Shown here in pieces: positions 39,372 through 53,548 of a DNA stretch of 64,000 nucleotides. The DNA is taken from assembly GCF_009914755.1 (NCBI RefSeq), contig NC_060928.1, one strand, 5' to 3'. The notes under the pieces were generated by a model. It saw nothing but the letters and a program-made list of their open reading frames with translations. It was not told the DNA's origin and made no database searches. This stretch comes from the human T2T-CHM13v2.0 reference genome, Homo sapiens. The translations under genes were made by a program, and so were the position numbers. Each line of letters opens with the position of its first letter. Position 1 is the stretch's first letter.

Positions 39372-40826
39372 GTGAGTGCAAATCAGTGCTTCAGTTTCTC
39401 GTTCTCTGAAGGATGACAGCCTAGCCCTTAGGAAAGGTTTTCTTAAAGTCCTAAGCTTGTATAGGGCATCTAGCCTATAGTATCACTTCACAGACATAAC
39501 AACTAAATATGGTGAAAGTCTTCCCAAGTTATTCCAAGTAATATAACAACAGACAAAAACAATGTTTATTTAAATGGACATAATATTTACATGATTTTGG
39601 GAAAAGTTGAGATCACTTCACCTTAGATGATAAAATAAAAGACAATCCAAAGAAGTGGAAATAGACTTAGGTATTGGAGTATGTATAAAATTTAATTAAG
39701 GTAAAGAGAGGAAAGTGGACTATTCAGATGGAAGAAATGTAAGGATAAAAGTAGGTTGTGAGAAACTTCAAGGTGTTTAGAGGATCACAAACAGACCAGT
39801 TTAAACAGAACTAATTTTCAATTCATGAGAATTATAGGAAATAAGCCTGAAAAGTTATGTTGGCACCAGATTGTAGAAAGCATTGAATGTTAAATAAGGA
39901 ATCTGAACCAAAGCTCAAGTTATTTAGTTTGTTCAAAAGTTGAGCAGTGTTACACTGAAAGCATGTTCATATGTTCAAAAAGTGTTAAACAGTATTCATT
40001 TTAAAATATGAGTGGCATTTAAATTCATAATGAATGCTTTCTGAAGACATTATAATTCCATTCAAATGACTCGATAGCATGAGTCTACATCTATAAGTTT
40101 ACAAGTAAGAAGGTGAAAGTACACTTCTTTATCTATTTAAGACTTATTACTTCAGAGATCGCACATGAATCAGTGTGTGTTGAAAAGGTAATAATGGGCA
40201 AGAGACTAGGTATTCAGCAATAAATTATATTTTAGATAGACATTTATGAATGCAGTGAAGTTCAATATTTCTGTATTGAAACCTCTTGCAGCTACTGTTT
40301 TGGTTGAATATACTGTTGAGATGAAAGCCTCAGGTTTAGGTTGGCACTTCAGTTCTCCAAGGATTAATTCAGTGGTAAAAAACCAAAATCCTACTCTAGG
40401 AGAACTGATGACACATTGTGTCTAATTGACTGAGATGAAATAAATTGGCTTTTTCAAAAATGCCTGCATTGAAAATTCAAGTGTATGAATATTGCAAAAA
40501 TGAGGGAAACAGGAGAAAACTTTTTTCATAAAAACAAGTCTAGCAGTTAAAAAAAAATCTTGGAGATAAATGTAAATTTCATGCTTCAAGGAAAAATCTA
40601 ATAAATGTTTAACATTCTATTTCATGAGACAGACTTGTGTATGCTTTAGACACAGAGCTTAAGATAGGACAGACACTGTAAGTTAACAGTATGTTTTAAC
40701 TTATTTGGAGATAGAAAATGCTCTTCCAAAATATTTAATTTTCTGTTAGTTTTGAAAAGTATTCTCCTAGACAAAGATAAACCAAAATGTAACTTTCAAG
40801 ATTAATTAATAAAGAAACCCAAATTA

Positions 40827-41394
<568 letters not shown>

Positions 41395-42404
41395 AAAGTA
41401 CCTGGTTTTGATAAACTACTAGTGAGTAGGGAACCACTGTGGGCAGATGAAGTAATGAGAATCACTGGGTCATTAAGGGGCAAGACATGAGAGGAGTTAC
41501 CAAACTCTTCTTTCAGAAATGAATGGAAATTTGAGGAAAATTGGTGGGTGCCAGTAGGGGTGAAAGAAGAGAGAAGAGAAGAGGGCAGAAACGAAATAGG
41601 GTGTCCTATTGCCAGACAAGGCAGAAGGCAGGGAATAAAATGGAGAAATATCCTAAGGCCCTTTAGTACTCAAAATCATTATGACAAGGTTTTAAGTTGA
41701 GTTGCTGTACTGTAACCCCTATAATTTTTTCATCACTTTTAGTAATAATGTCTTTCACATATACACATACTTTATGTAACAGGCTGGTCTAATATAAATT
41801 AAAAAAATAAGTGGAATGAGTTTCGTATCTGAATGAATGAAAAGACATTACAAAGGTAAATCAGAGGTCACAGCCAAAGGTTGGAATAAAAATTCTGGCT
41901 CCCTGTAAACTTAGGGAAATCTTGAAGCCAGTTTTTTTTATTCCACATGGCAGGTAATGGGCCTGGGAACAATAAAGTATTGCTCAAGGGTTGACAAAAT
42001 CCCAGCTGAAACTTGGGTTACATATCTTTCTATTAAAGTTTTACTTTGGAGGACTTCTGAAAATTTCTGTAGGCATTTGGGTTCTTCAGGTGAAAACCAC
42101 AAATAAATCTGGGTAACTATAGCAAAAAGATAATTTATTAAACTAATACAGAATGGCTCACAGAATTGAAGAATGAAGTAAATAAGCAATCAAAGTGTGG
42201 TAAGGATTGGAGCCAGGGCATCTGTGGTGTCTTCAGCATTACCAATGAACAGTCTATTCTGGAGGCTTCTTATTGGAAATCTTTTAGTTCAGATCTCATA
42301 CCATATTTTTCTAAATTTAATTTCCCAAAAGAAAGAGAGCAATTGGCCTGATCAGAGTGATCTGCCCTTCCCTTTGGACAATAGAAGGGGTGTGGTTTGA
42401 TCTA

Positions 42405-42720
42405 CTGGTCATTATATTTTCTTAGTCTCCTTCAGTCTGTGACTCTTTTTTTAGACTCTTTTTTTGTTTGTTTTCATGGCCTTGAGAGTTTTGAAGTCAA
42501 ACGTTTTGTAGAATGTTCTTAAATTTTAGTTTGTCTGATATTTTGTCATGATTAGATAGGGGTATGCATTTTTGTGAACAAGATCATAGAGGTGAAGTGT
42601 CCTCATCATGTTATATTGGGGGGTATATGGTATCAACATGATATTACTCATGAAGTAAACCTTGATCATATGGTTGAAATGACATCAATAAAGTTATTTT
42701 TTCCTTTTCGTCTCTGTTAG
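42405..42720 (-). mobile_element. L1MC-type 3' UTR fragment
   Basis: ttagtctccttcagtctg...ttttgtagaatgttcttaaattttagtttgtctgat...catgattagat. Confidence 0.6.
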
Positions 42721-42726
42721 TTAAAT

Positions 42727-43200
42727 GCAATAGCAACTTCATCCAAAGTGGAAATGGCCACAAATATCCACTAACTGTTGAATGGATAAACAAATTTAGT
42801 ACATTCATATGATTAAATACTTTCCAGTGATAAAGAAGAACAGACTAATGTTACATGCAACAACATGAATGACTTTTGAAAGCATTATGCTAAGTGCAAG
42901 AGGCCAGACTCAAAATACTACGTGTTGAGTGATTCCATTTATATGACATTCTGGTAAAGGCAAAACTATGGGGACAGAAATCAAATCAATGGTTTCTATG
43001 GTCAGGGTGTGGGAGAGGGAGATTGAATATAAAGAAGCAAATTTTTTGGGCTGATGGAAATGTTCTATATCTTAACTGTATCATATATATAATCATGTTT
43101 ATATTATATGTGATTGCCAAAATTATAACACTGGACATATTACAATAGAAGTAAATGTTACTACATGTAAAATATACCTCAACAAACCCGTCTTTAAAAA
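42727..43200 (+). mobile_element. L1ME/L1MB-type 3' end
   Basis: tgaatggataaacaaa...catgcaacaacatgaatga...cattatgctaagtg...tgattccatttatatgacattctggtaaaggcaaaactat. Confidence 0.8.
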
Positions 43201-43359
43201 ATGTAGTGCCACAACAGGCTGCTACAGACTAGGCTGATAGTTGCCATTAATTGCCCACAAAGAAATACTGAGTTTCTACTATAAGCAGGTGAATCTCAGA
43301 ACAGAGTATATAAAAGAAAGGAAATAGTTTAAAAATACTGTAGACTCTATCAGTGCCTT

Positions 43360-43790
43360 ATCATATCTTCTGGGCACCCACTTTATTTCTATAGGCCAAT
43401 GGCTTCCTATTCAAAGCAACAGCAGATCTTTGAGGGTTTGCTAAGGCCACTGGAGGCCACTCTATTGATGCACATGGCAGGAATGAAATATCAGGAGTTG
43501 ACCATTCCACAGGACAGCTCTCAACCAATGATTTACCAGAGTTAGTGGGTAAATACTCTGGCTCTCTTGCTACATAGTCTCCAAAGGGCCCCCATGAGGA
43601 CCAAGCTCCAGCACCCACAGGGGTATCCTTTGATAAAGCACTGTTTGTTCTCTTTCTTCCTTTCCTTCACTCCCCACATCCTACTGGGGTTTACTAGGAT
43701 CACCTGCTCAATAAGCACTTTTACATACATCTTGCCTGGGATCTACTTCTCAGGAAAGTCCATCTTCTCAGGAAGACATTTAAAATGAAT
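43360..43790 (+). mobile_element. LTR16-like ERVL LTR
   Basis: ccaagctccagcacccacagggg...ttcactccccacatcc...ggatcacctgctcaataagcacttttaca. Confidence 0.6.
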
Positions 43791-43918
43791 TTCTATTAGT
43801 AAGCAGCCTAATCCCTGATTTTTCATGATAGGACAGTACTCCCTCCAGGGGAACTAAACATAGCAAAGCTAAGTTGCCCTGTTACTCATGTGAAGGTCCT
43901 GTCAAGTTAATAGAGTGC

Positions 43919-44378
43919 TGACAAAGGCTCTCTCCTTGACCAAACATTAGTCACATTCTTTGATCTTTGGCCTTCCATGTTCATCTTTACATAACATAGT
44001 TTTAACAAGAATTTTGCTAAGTCAGTTTAGTGAGAATCTCCTACCCTCAATATCTGGTCAAATTCCTCTTTCCTACCTGCCCTTTGTATCTGATCATCCT
44101 GGCCTGCCTTCAGCTAGAATCCTTTCAAGCAGTTTATCCAGAGTCTCCTCTTACTCTGGATGTTTGCTGTAAGTGATGATTTTCTACTGCACAATCACCC
44201 TACCTCCAACCTGCTCCTTGGCTATGCATCCCCACTTGTCTTTGCTGTGTTTGGAATTGAGCCTAGTTCCATGTTGAGGTCGCTTTTCCCCATGGCAATA
44301 GTTCCTGAATAAAATCTGGTTTTTCTCCACTTTACTACTACAGTTTTACTGCTGTCTGGTTCTGGTTTTATTCAACAG
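43919..44378 (+). mobile_element. MER31-like ERV1 solo LTR
   Basis: Starts tgacaaaggctctctccttgaccaaac; contains gctaagtcagtttagtgagaatc and aataaa; ends ttattcaaca. Confidence 0.8.
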
Positions 44379-45400
44379 TAAATATCAATGGCAGACCTCA
44401 GATTAACAGGAGCATGGGACTAGAGCTACTCAGCGACATTTGCCTTTAGTTCAAATTAATACCCAGGCATGAAAGCCATGCTGAGCAAGTCGTGTGGTTG
44501 CACTGATCCCATCTGTGAAAAAGGAGAACTACAAGCTCTGGAATCCTGGTTAATCTTCAAGATGATACATTTGTAAATATTTGGTGTTTAATTAGCTAAC
44601 TTTGTTGGTATAGATTACAGAAAGTTTATTTTCAGTCCAATTTGAAATGCTACACATTTTGTGTGATGGAGTTTAGTATCTATTCTATTTTATTACTCAA
44701 CTCGAGTATCCACACTTCGTGGGAGATGATAAGGTTGATTGAGTGAGGAAAAATTGGCTGGACACTAGAGGTTTTAAAGTATTCAAGATCTCTGAATATA
44801 CAATAACTGTTGCACTAAGAGGATTTTTGGAAGAAGGACATTGCTGGATGTAAATGTAAAGAATTATTACTGTATCTGGGAACGTTTATCTGAATTAGTT
44901 CATTACATATTATTTTGGCTTGGGTATATGTACACAATGAAACAAATTGAAAAACTATACATAGATCTTACACAAAAATTATAGAACTATATGAAACTAA
45001 TGCTAATGAGATTGTAACTGTAGTTGGTATTTCTGAGGAGAGTTCAGAGAACAGCTATCTAAGTGAAAGGTTCAATCATTAACACTTGGGTCAATATTCA
45101 TAATGCAGTTACAATTTGTATTATTCTTTTTATGCCACCATATACAACTCTTATGGTGGTAATAAGAAAAAATTATAGTCATCTTTGCATTTCCTGAGCA
45201 AGAATTTTTATATTATGTATACCTGCTTAAAGATGGTAACAAATAACCTATTAATCACTGGTCAAATGAATAAAACTGACTTTGGGATGAGTTGGCATAT
45301 AAAATAAAGATACAGAAATATGAATAAATTAATGTACACTGGAGGTTACTAGTAGTCAAGATGATAAAATCAAGAAAGAAATTGTTAAAAGTTAAATAGT

Positions 45401-45739
45401 GCCAGGAGTGGTGGCTCATGCCTGTAATCCCAGCACTTTGGGAAGCCGAAGTGGTCAGATCACCTGAGGTTAGGAGTTCAAGACCAGCCTGGTCAACATG
45501 GTGAAACCCTGTCTCTACTAAAAATACAAAATTAGCTGGGGGTAGTGGTGCACACCTGTAATCCCAGCTACTATAGGGACAGAAATCAGAGGCTCAGGCA
45601 GCTGATTTCTCAGGAGGCTGAGGCAGGAAAATCATCTGAACCCAGGAAGCGGAGGTTGCAGTGAACTGAGATTGTGCCACTAAACTTCAGCCTGGGCAAC
45701 AAGAGCAAAACTCCATCTCAAAAACAGAAAACAAAAAAA
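45401..45739 (+). mobile_element. Alu SINE (AluSq/Sx-type) with 38 bp internal insertion
   Basis: Alu dimer with TSD-like aaaagttaaatag / aaaagttcaatag; non-Alu insert at 45573-45610. Confidence 0.95.
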
Positions 45740-46899
45740 GTTCAATAGCATTTTCTCAGTCATTTCTGTTAGAAGAAAAATATATTAATTTAATATTATA
45801 GATTTATTTCTAAAAACAACTTTACTGCTAAGAACCATGATTATTACTTAAGATAGATTTTCAGTTAGTAATATAAAATGTTCTTTTTTGCTTCTAAAAA
45901 TGTTTAAGTAATCCTACACAAATTTTTTATTTGCTTTATAGATTTAAAAAATATAATGTTACTTGTTTTGTGTCTACCTTAATGGATATAATAGTTCTGC
46001 AAACAGGACATAGGCGTGATTGATACAGTTGGCATTTAAAAACTGCTTCTGACAATGAGGTCTGGATATATTACCTGGAATGTGTGCAGTTAGAAAGAAA
46101 TAGATGGTCATTCTTGCATAAAGTTTTTGGTCGTCTGTGATTCGCAAACAGCAGGCTTTAAGGAGCTTTGAAACATGCGAAACTAAGCACTGTAGTAATA
46201 GTTTGCCTCCATGTGACCTAAGAGAAGAAAATCAGCCATTTATGGCAACATTACACAATTCAGGTAAGATGTTCTCAAGGGAAATATAAAGTTCTCACAC
46301 TCATTAAATAAACAGGAAAGCAGCGTTCACAGATAATACACAAAGAGATAGAGGCATCATCATGCCTAATGTGGTGGAGAGACCACTGGACTGGCAGTTG
46401 AGATACTTGGTTCACAATCTTGTCTTTGAAATACATAATTTGAGTTTTGAGCTTAAACAAACTTGTTTTCTCCAGCATCTATTTTCTCATCAGTAAATAA
46501 AAATAATAATACTATGATTACACCAACATCATTATGAAGTTCACTTGAAATGACATATGTAAAAGGCTCTACAAACTTTAAAGCAAAATAACCAATATAT
46601 ACTCATAGATAAAAGTGTATTACAGGAAAAAGTCTTTATTTTTTGGCAAGCATATCTGGATTCTAATCCCAATTCTACTATTTACTCCCTTATTTTCTGT
46701 GTCCTCTTATCATCAATGTTTTCACCATTAAAATCCTGATAATATCAAGCTCATCATACTTTTCTGGAAATTATATGAGATAATATATGTATAGGGCTTA
46801 GTACAGTGCCAGATATATATCACAGCTTCATACAGAAGCTGTTCCTTTTGTTTTGTAATTTCTAACTTTGTAGTTTCTAACTCTTATAAAACATTTACT

Positions 46900-47110
46900 T
46901 AGTGCTAGGCACTATTTATGTATTGACTCATTTGATTCTCACCAGAACCCTGAGAAGAATCTGTGATTGTTATATTCACTTTATAGATGAGGAAACCTAG
47001 GTGCATGACAATTTGCCCAAGGTTACACAGTGAATAAATGGTGTTGCCAGGTTTCAAACTTAAGCAATAAGATTTCAGAGCTCTGCTGTTAACCATCATG
47101 CAATACTGCT
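46900..47110 (-). mobile_element. MIR SINE (further MIR pieces at about 46430-46830)
   Basis: ctttatagatgaggaaacctagg...aatttgcccaaggttacacag core. Confidence 0.8.
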
Positions 47111-47264
47111 TCAAAGAGGAATTGATGAAAAAAATATTGTTCATAATTATGTACTGTGTGTAGGACTCTGTTCTGAGTACTACAGACATAAAGAAGAATA
47201 TAACAGGCTTTGAAGTATGGTTAGGGGAACAAGAAGTCTGTAAAGAGAATAAACAAGAATAAAA

Positions 47265-47372
47265 GAGAAGAGATATCTGTACTCTCATGCTCATTGCAGC
47301 ATTATTCACAATAGCCAAAATATAAAATCAACCTAAGTGTTCATTACCAGATGAATGAATGAAGAAAATATG

Positions 47373-47418
<46 letters not shown>

Positions 47419-47427
47419 ATCTATCTG

Positions 47428-47477
<50 letters not shown>

Positions 47478-48020
47478 ATCTATCTATCTATATCTATCTA
47501 TCCACCTACCTATCTATCCAATGGCATACTAATCAGCCTTTAAAAGAAAGAAAAACCTGTCATTTGTGACAACATGGATGAACCTGGAAGAGGACATTAT
47601 ACTACTGAAAGAAGCCAGGTACAGAAAGACAAATACTGCATGATCTTGCTTATATGTAGAATCTTAAAAAGTCAAATTCATAGAAGTAGAGAGTAGAATG
47701 GTAATTACCTGGGTCTGGGAATTGGTAGGTGGGGAATAGGGAGTTGATGGTCAGGGGGTATGAAGTTTCAGTTAGACAGGAGGAGTAATTTGGGAGATCT
47801 ATTGCAGAGCATGGTGACTATAGTTAATAATAATATAATATGTACTTGAAAATTGCTAACAGATTAAACTTTAAATGTTCTTACCACACAAACATGATAA
47901 ATATGTGAGGTGATGTATGTGTTCATTACCTTTAGTCATTACACAATGTATTCACATATCAAAGCATTATTTTGTACATCATAAATATATACTACTTCTT
48001 TGGTTAAATATTATTAAAGC
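47265..48020 (+). mobile_element. L1MA-type 3' end containing a (TATC)n expansion
   Basis: cattgcagcattattcacaatagccaaaat...catttgtgacaacatggatgaacctgga...gagatctattgcagagcatggtgactatagttaataa. Confidence 0.9.
47375..47520. repeat. Compound (TATC)n tetranucleotide STR
   Basis: Directly visible interrupted TATC/TCTA arrays. Confidence 0.97.
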
Positions 48021-50660
48021 TGAAAAAATTGTAAATTCTCAGAGAATTGAAAACTAAATAATTAAATGATGTTTGTAAATGTGCTAATTGCAAAAATAAA
48101 TAAATAAATAAAGGAATGAAGGGGAATAAGTATCCCCAAGTGTTCAGAAAGATAATCATCTCTCAGAAATGTTATGGCTTCACTGGAAGAATGAAACTAT
48201 ACTCGTGCTTTCAAGTCCAAGTACACCATAGACAAACAAAGGTTATAGAAAAAAGGCATCCTGGTGGGGGAAAGGTAGAAAAGCAAGGGTATGCCCAATG
48301 TGTTTGATCGGGTATGATGAAAGAGAACCCTGTTTCTGTTCCTTTAGCGACTTGACTGTGATGAAATTGCTACCCTCAACACATTCATTGTTGAGTTTCC
48401 TCTCATCAGTTATATCAGGTTGACTTTCTGGTTATAGAAGGACAGAGTCCTAACAGTTTGGAGAGTATGATTAAAAGGCTCAATGCTACCTTTGGTGGGA
48501 ATTACCACTTTCATAGGGGAATGGTTGGTTTACCTTGTTTATTTCATATGGATCTTTGGGAAACAGTTGTTTCTACAATGAAAATGTTATTAAATTTCTT
48601 TCTTGGTTGGCCTGATGTCTGAATATATTCTGAGATTTGTAATTGAGAGGGAAAATTGCCACTTTACACCTGATAAAATATAGTATTTGCAGGTAATTTC
48701 TAATGGAAAGACAGAACTACTAGTCACCTGTGAAAATGGAGCGTTTCTGCTTATCAAAAGACCTTGAAACAAGGCCTCAGAGAACCAGCTGGCTTACAGC
48801 CTGTGGAAAAAAATCCAAATTACTCCTATATTTGCCAGGTTCAGTGTAAAAATACTAGCCATGTTTGAAATGAATAGAGTTTGAGAAAAGACTGACCAAA
48901 TCTGTCATGCAAAATTATTTTCACCATGTGTGTTAAAAAGATAAATAATTTAAATATTTTACTTCCATGTATATTTCATTGAAATTAGAAGAGAAAAATG
49001 AGAGGTGAGGGGTGAAACAATTCTTTTTCTCCTTTTCTAGGTTTAGTAAAAAATGATGTGCCATATGTCTCCAAGCCATATGTCCACTGATTTTTTTTAA
49101 TTCTTGTTTCAGCTAAAAAAAAATTGGCACTGACTTAATTTCTTGATGCTATGAATTCTATTTGGCTTGTTCCACTACTTTCTTTAAATTTTTCCTGTTC
49201 TCTGAAATGAGGGGGTTATGATATGGACTTTCTCTGGATTTGGTTCTAACAACATATTGGCAAGAAAAATATCCTACCTGCAAATACCTGTTTATCTTAA
49301 AATGCATGGTGTTTTGGTGGGGGGCAGGGTGGTAGGGTTTCCTTCCTGGAATAGAAAATCCTGTAATTCTGTAAGAATCATCAAGGTGACTTGATTAAAT
49401 GATTTTATATTAAAATTGGAATTTGCAAATATTTATTCTTATTTATCATAACATGCCTAGTAACGATGTCCTTATTTAATGCTCTATAACTTAGTAATTG
49501 GTTTCTCTGAAGTTATAGGAAATAAGGCCAAGTAACAAACTTGAGATAATTGAGTAATGTAGTCCATAGGAAAAAATGCATTTTTGCACTTAGACTATTA
49601 TTACGTTAGACTACTAAACATGCAAAAAATAATCATGGAAAAAATGATGAAGAGCCACACTGGCTTGTCTGAAACGCCTATTTGGTAGTTCTCTAAAGCT
49701 TATGTATCTACATGGAGCAGTGAAATAAAACTGGAACAGAAACTGCCACTGAGATAGCTGCTCCTGCCTCAAATGAGCTTAGTAGGCACTGAAGTGTGTG
49801 TTTAATAAATAAGTAAATGAAGCCATTTTAATTCAAACCAAACTTTCCAATTGAAGTGAATAAAGGTTTGGATTCATGCCATTTGAGTTAAGGAAAGTTC
49901 AAACTGAGAATGAATTGGCCTCATATACTAATGGCTGGCATAAGGAAGACACCCAGCCACCACAAGATGGATTTTAGGATTAATCAAGTCAACACAATGC
50001 AGTAGAGAAAGCTCTCTAGATTTATATTATAAATACATGGCTTTTCCTCTTGGTTTGACTTGTTTATTGGTTCTTGAAAACATTTAATGAAGCCCTACTA
50101 TGTGCCAAGCAGTATGCTGGACAATAGAGACATGAACATGGAATGGCCCTAAGTTTGAAAATCCTCTGGTAAACTGAGAGGGACAAACAAACAGGTTATC
50201 CCAAATCATTGTGACTCATGTTGTAAGTGAGATTTCTTCCAAGTTTTATGGGAGCAGAATAGCAAGAATACATCTGCTTTCAAAGCTGTAAAAGGTTTTA
50301 CAGAGAAGGTAGAATGTGGAAACACCCAGATTTAGCATTTTAAATAGAGGAACAAATTCTGTGAAAACATAAAAAAGAGAAGAGTTTGCTGTACCTCAAG
50401 TACAAAGTGTTCTCCATGGATGCAGAGAATATGTCTGGGTTGTACTCAGTGATGGCAGATGAGATGGAGAACATGGCTGGGTAGCACCCAGTAATGAGAG
50501 ATTTGAAGGTAACCTGTAAAGCATCTTGTATTCTATATATAAGGACTTGAAATAGTCTTACAGACAAGTAATATGTATGACTTAGACCAACTGATAGGTA
50601 ACCAAGTACAGATCAAGGCAAGGTCTTCTTCTATGTTATGTAATTACTATAGATGAGTAA

Positions 50661-51026
50661 TGATATAGTTTGGCTGAGTCCCTACTCAAATCTTATCTTG
50701 AATTGTAATCCCATAATCCCAATGTGTTGTGGGAAGGAACGAGTGAGAAGTAATTGAATCATGCGGATGGTTTCCCATATGCTGTTCTCGTGATAGTGAG
50801 TGATTTCTCATGAGATCTGATGGTTTTATAAGTGTCTGGCATTTTCCCTGCTAACACTCATTCTCTTTCTCCCTGCACTGTGAAGAGGTGACTTCCACCA
50901 TGACTGTATGTTTCTTGAGGCCTCCCCAGCCAGGTGGAACTGAGAGTCAATTAATCCTCTTTTTTAAAAATAAATTATGCAGTCTGGAGATGTTTCCTCA
51001 TAGCAGCATGAGAATGAACTAATACG
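50661..51026 (+). mobile_element. THE1C-like solo LTR
   Basis: tgatatagtttggctg...ttttataagtgtctggcattttccctg...gcagcatgagaatgaactaatac; TSD agtaa/ggtaa. Confidence 0.92.
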
Positions 51027-52269
51027 GGTAACATGAATATTTGTAGAAAAGAATGCATGAAATATTACTGACTTTTAGTTTCTTTATCTTTAAGATAAGG
51101 AAGAGGGATAAAATTATTTCTGAGGTCCTTTTAGCTCTACAGTTCTGTGAATGATCAGTCTCATAGAATCTGTTCCTTAGTATTAATAATTCACTTATCA
51201 GATTGCCTTGATGCCTTGATATCGAAGAATTTTCACCATTAAAGACATTTCTTTTGGATGTGTACATTCTCTGAGAAGGCACATATTGAAGGATATTCTT
51301 ATAGAAGATATAGTGTTATATATTGTAATATTAATAAGATAGTTGTCAGATTGGATAGGCTTTTAAAAGTACCAAGAAGAATATAAGCTACCCAAGTAAG
51401 GTAATAAGGAATGGTTGTTATGGCCTTGTTAGAAAGTCTTGGAGAGACATCAGGAAAAGAAAGGTGAGGTAACTTAGCTCTTTATGGGATGAGACGATTC
51501 CAGGATGTGTGAAAATATCTGTGGTGTGTAGGTGTGTATATGCATATATATTTCTTGAGTTCAGAAGGAGGGTATCACACAGAAAGTGTAGATTTCCAGG
51601 ACCAATTAAAGCTACTAATTTTAATTTGGTAATTATATATAGACATAGACTAAATAATATTCTTTAGTGCTGCTTTCCTTTGAGTTTTTAAAATGTAGCT
51701 AATTAGGTTCTGCCTCACTATCTTATCAGACACGTAGATTTGGTGTTTGTACTTTCATGCTGGATTAGTCAATGTTGACAGAGGAAATAAAGGCCTTATT
51801 TTGACCTTTCCCTTTGTGCACCTTTTAAGGTGAAAAAGACAGGGAGGCATTTTTTTTTTCATGTTTCTCTCCTGCTGAGGGAAGTAGACAGTGAGTGTAC
51901 ATAAGTCATTGATCAATAATAGTGCAAGCATACTTACAGTCATTGATAAATCTTTTGAAAAACTTACTTTATTTTGGAAAAAAAAAATATGTACACTTAC
52001 ACACCCCGAAAACATTTACTCATTCAGCCTTTAGGAAAAAATAACTACCGACTGATCTCAGTTGTTAACTTCCAGAAGTAAAAAGAAATTATGACCTAAG
52101 CTTTTAAATCCAAATCAGATGGATTAAATCAACCCTAAATTGGATTTTAAAACCCGAAGAATCAGACCTCCATCTGTGTCTGAGTTCCATGGCATAGATT
52201 TAAAACCAGAAACTCAGAGCTTGCTTTAAAATAAGAAGAGGCTTCACTTTAAGAAGTTTTCGTGAACTC

Positions 52270-52590
52270 TCCTTTGTAGAGACATGGACGAAGCTGGAAA
52301 CCATCATTCTCAGCAAACTATCGCAAGGACAAAAAACCAAACACCGCTTGTTCTCACTCATAGGTGGGAATTGAACAATGAGAACACATGGACACAGGAA
52401 GGGGAACATCACACACTGGGGCCTGTTGTGGGGTGGGGGGAGGGGGGAGGGATAGCATTAGGAAATATAGCTAATGCTAAATGACGAGTTAATGGGTGCA
52501 GCAAACCAACATGGCACATGTATACATATGTAACAAACCTGCACGTTGTGCACATGTACCCTAAAACTTAAAGTATAATAATAAAAAAAA
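52270..52590 (+). mobile_element. L1PA (primate L1) 5'-truncated 3' end
   Basis: aagctggaaaccatcattctcagcaaacta...ggggtgggggGagggggagggatagcatt...acttaaagtataataataaaaaaa; TSD-like aagttttcgtga / aagtttttgtga. Confidence 0.96.
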
Positions 52591-53153
52591 AGTTTTTGTG
52601 ACATTAAGGGCAAGATGAGATGCTCATTTTATATTGTAAATTATGTCTTCCATACATTGGTAATTATATATGCAAGACAAGAAGCACATACAAATACTCA
52701 TTTAATAAAAAAGCACTCATTGAAATTCACATTAAATTCCTGTAATGATTTCCTTATAAGCAATTCAAAAGGTTTCTTTATTTCTAAAAAGGTTTTTGTT
52801 GTTTCTTCAATTTGTACCATCAGGTGCATTGCAGAATGTACCTGTATATGTGGACAGATCTGGAGTCTTAGAGACTAAGCACAGTCTACTAATCCAGACT
52901 CTGACATGACTGCAGTGATCTTGAATGACTTGATTAATTTCTTCTCAGCAGAATGTGGCTAAACAATATTCTATTGCTTTTCTCACAGAATTGCTATGAG
53001 GCTGATGTGAGACAAAATATATTAAAGCTTTTTGTACATTGTAGAAAAGCTACAAACTGCAATGATTTTCAACATGTGCTATCAAAGGTTTTGTTTGAAA
53101 TGTAGCAATTAGCCTTACTATACTACAAATTTGTTTAAATTATAATTGTTTAA

Positions 53154-53548
<395 letters not shown>

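Noticed and set aside
39236-39420. About 60-codon open frame on the minus strand
   Set aside because: No start codon or convincing acceptor, and no recognisable protein similarity.
47355-47543. ORF with IYLS repeats and an array-like appearance
   Set aside because: (TATC)n microsatellite; no unique spacers, so neither a CRISPR array nor a gene.
52429-52451. G-rich quadruplex-like tract
   Set aside because: It is the standard G-tract of the L1PA 3' UTR.
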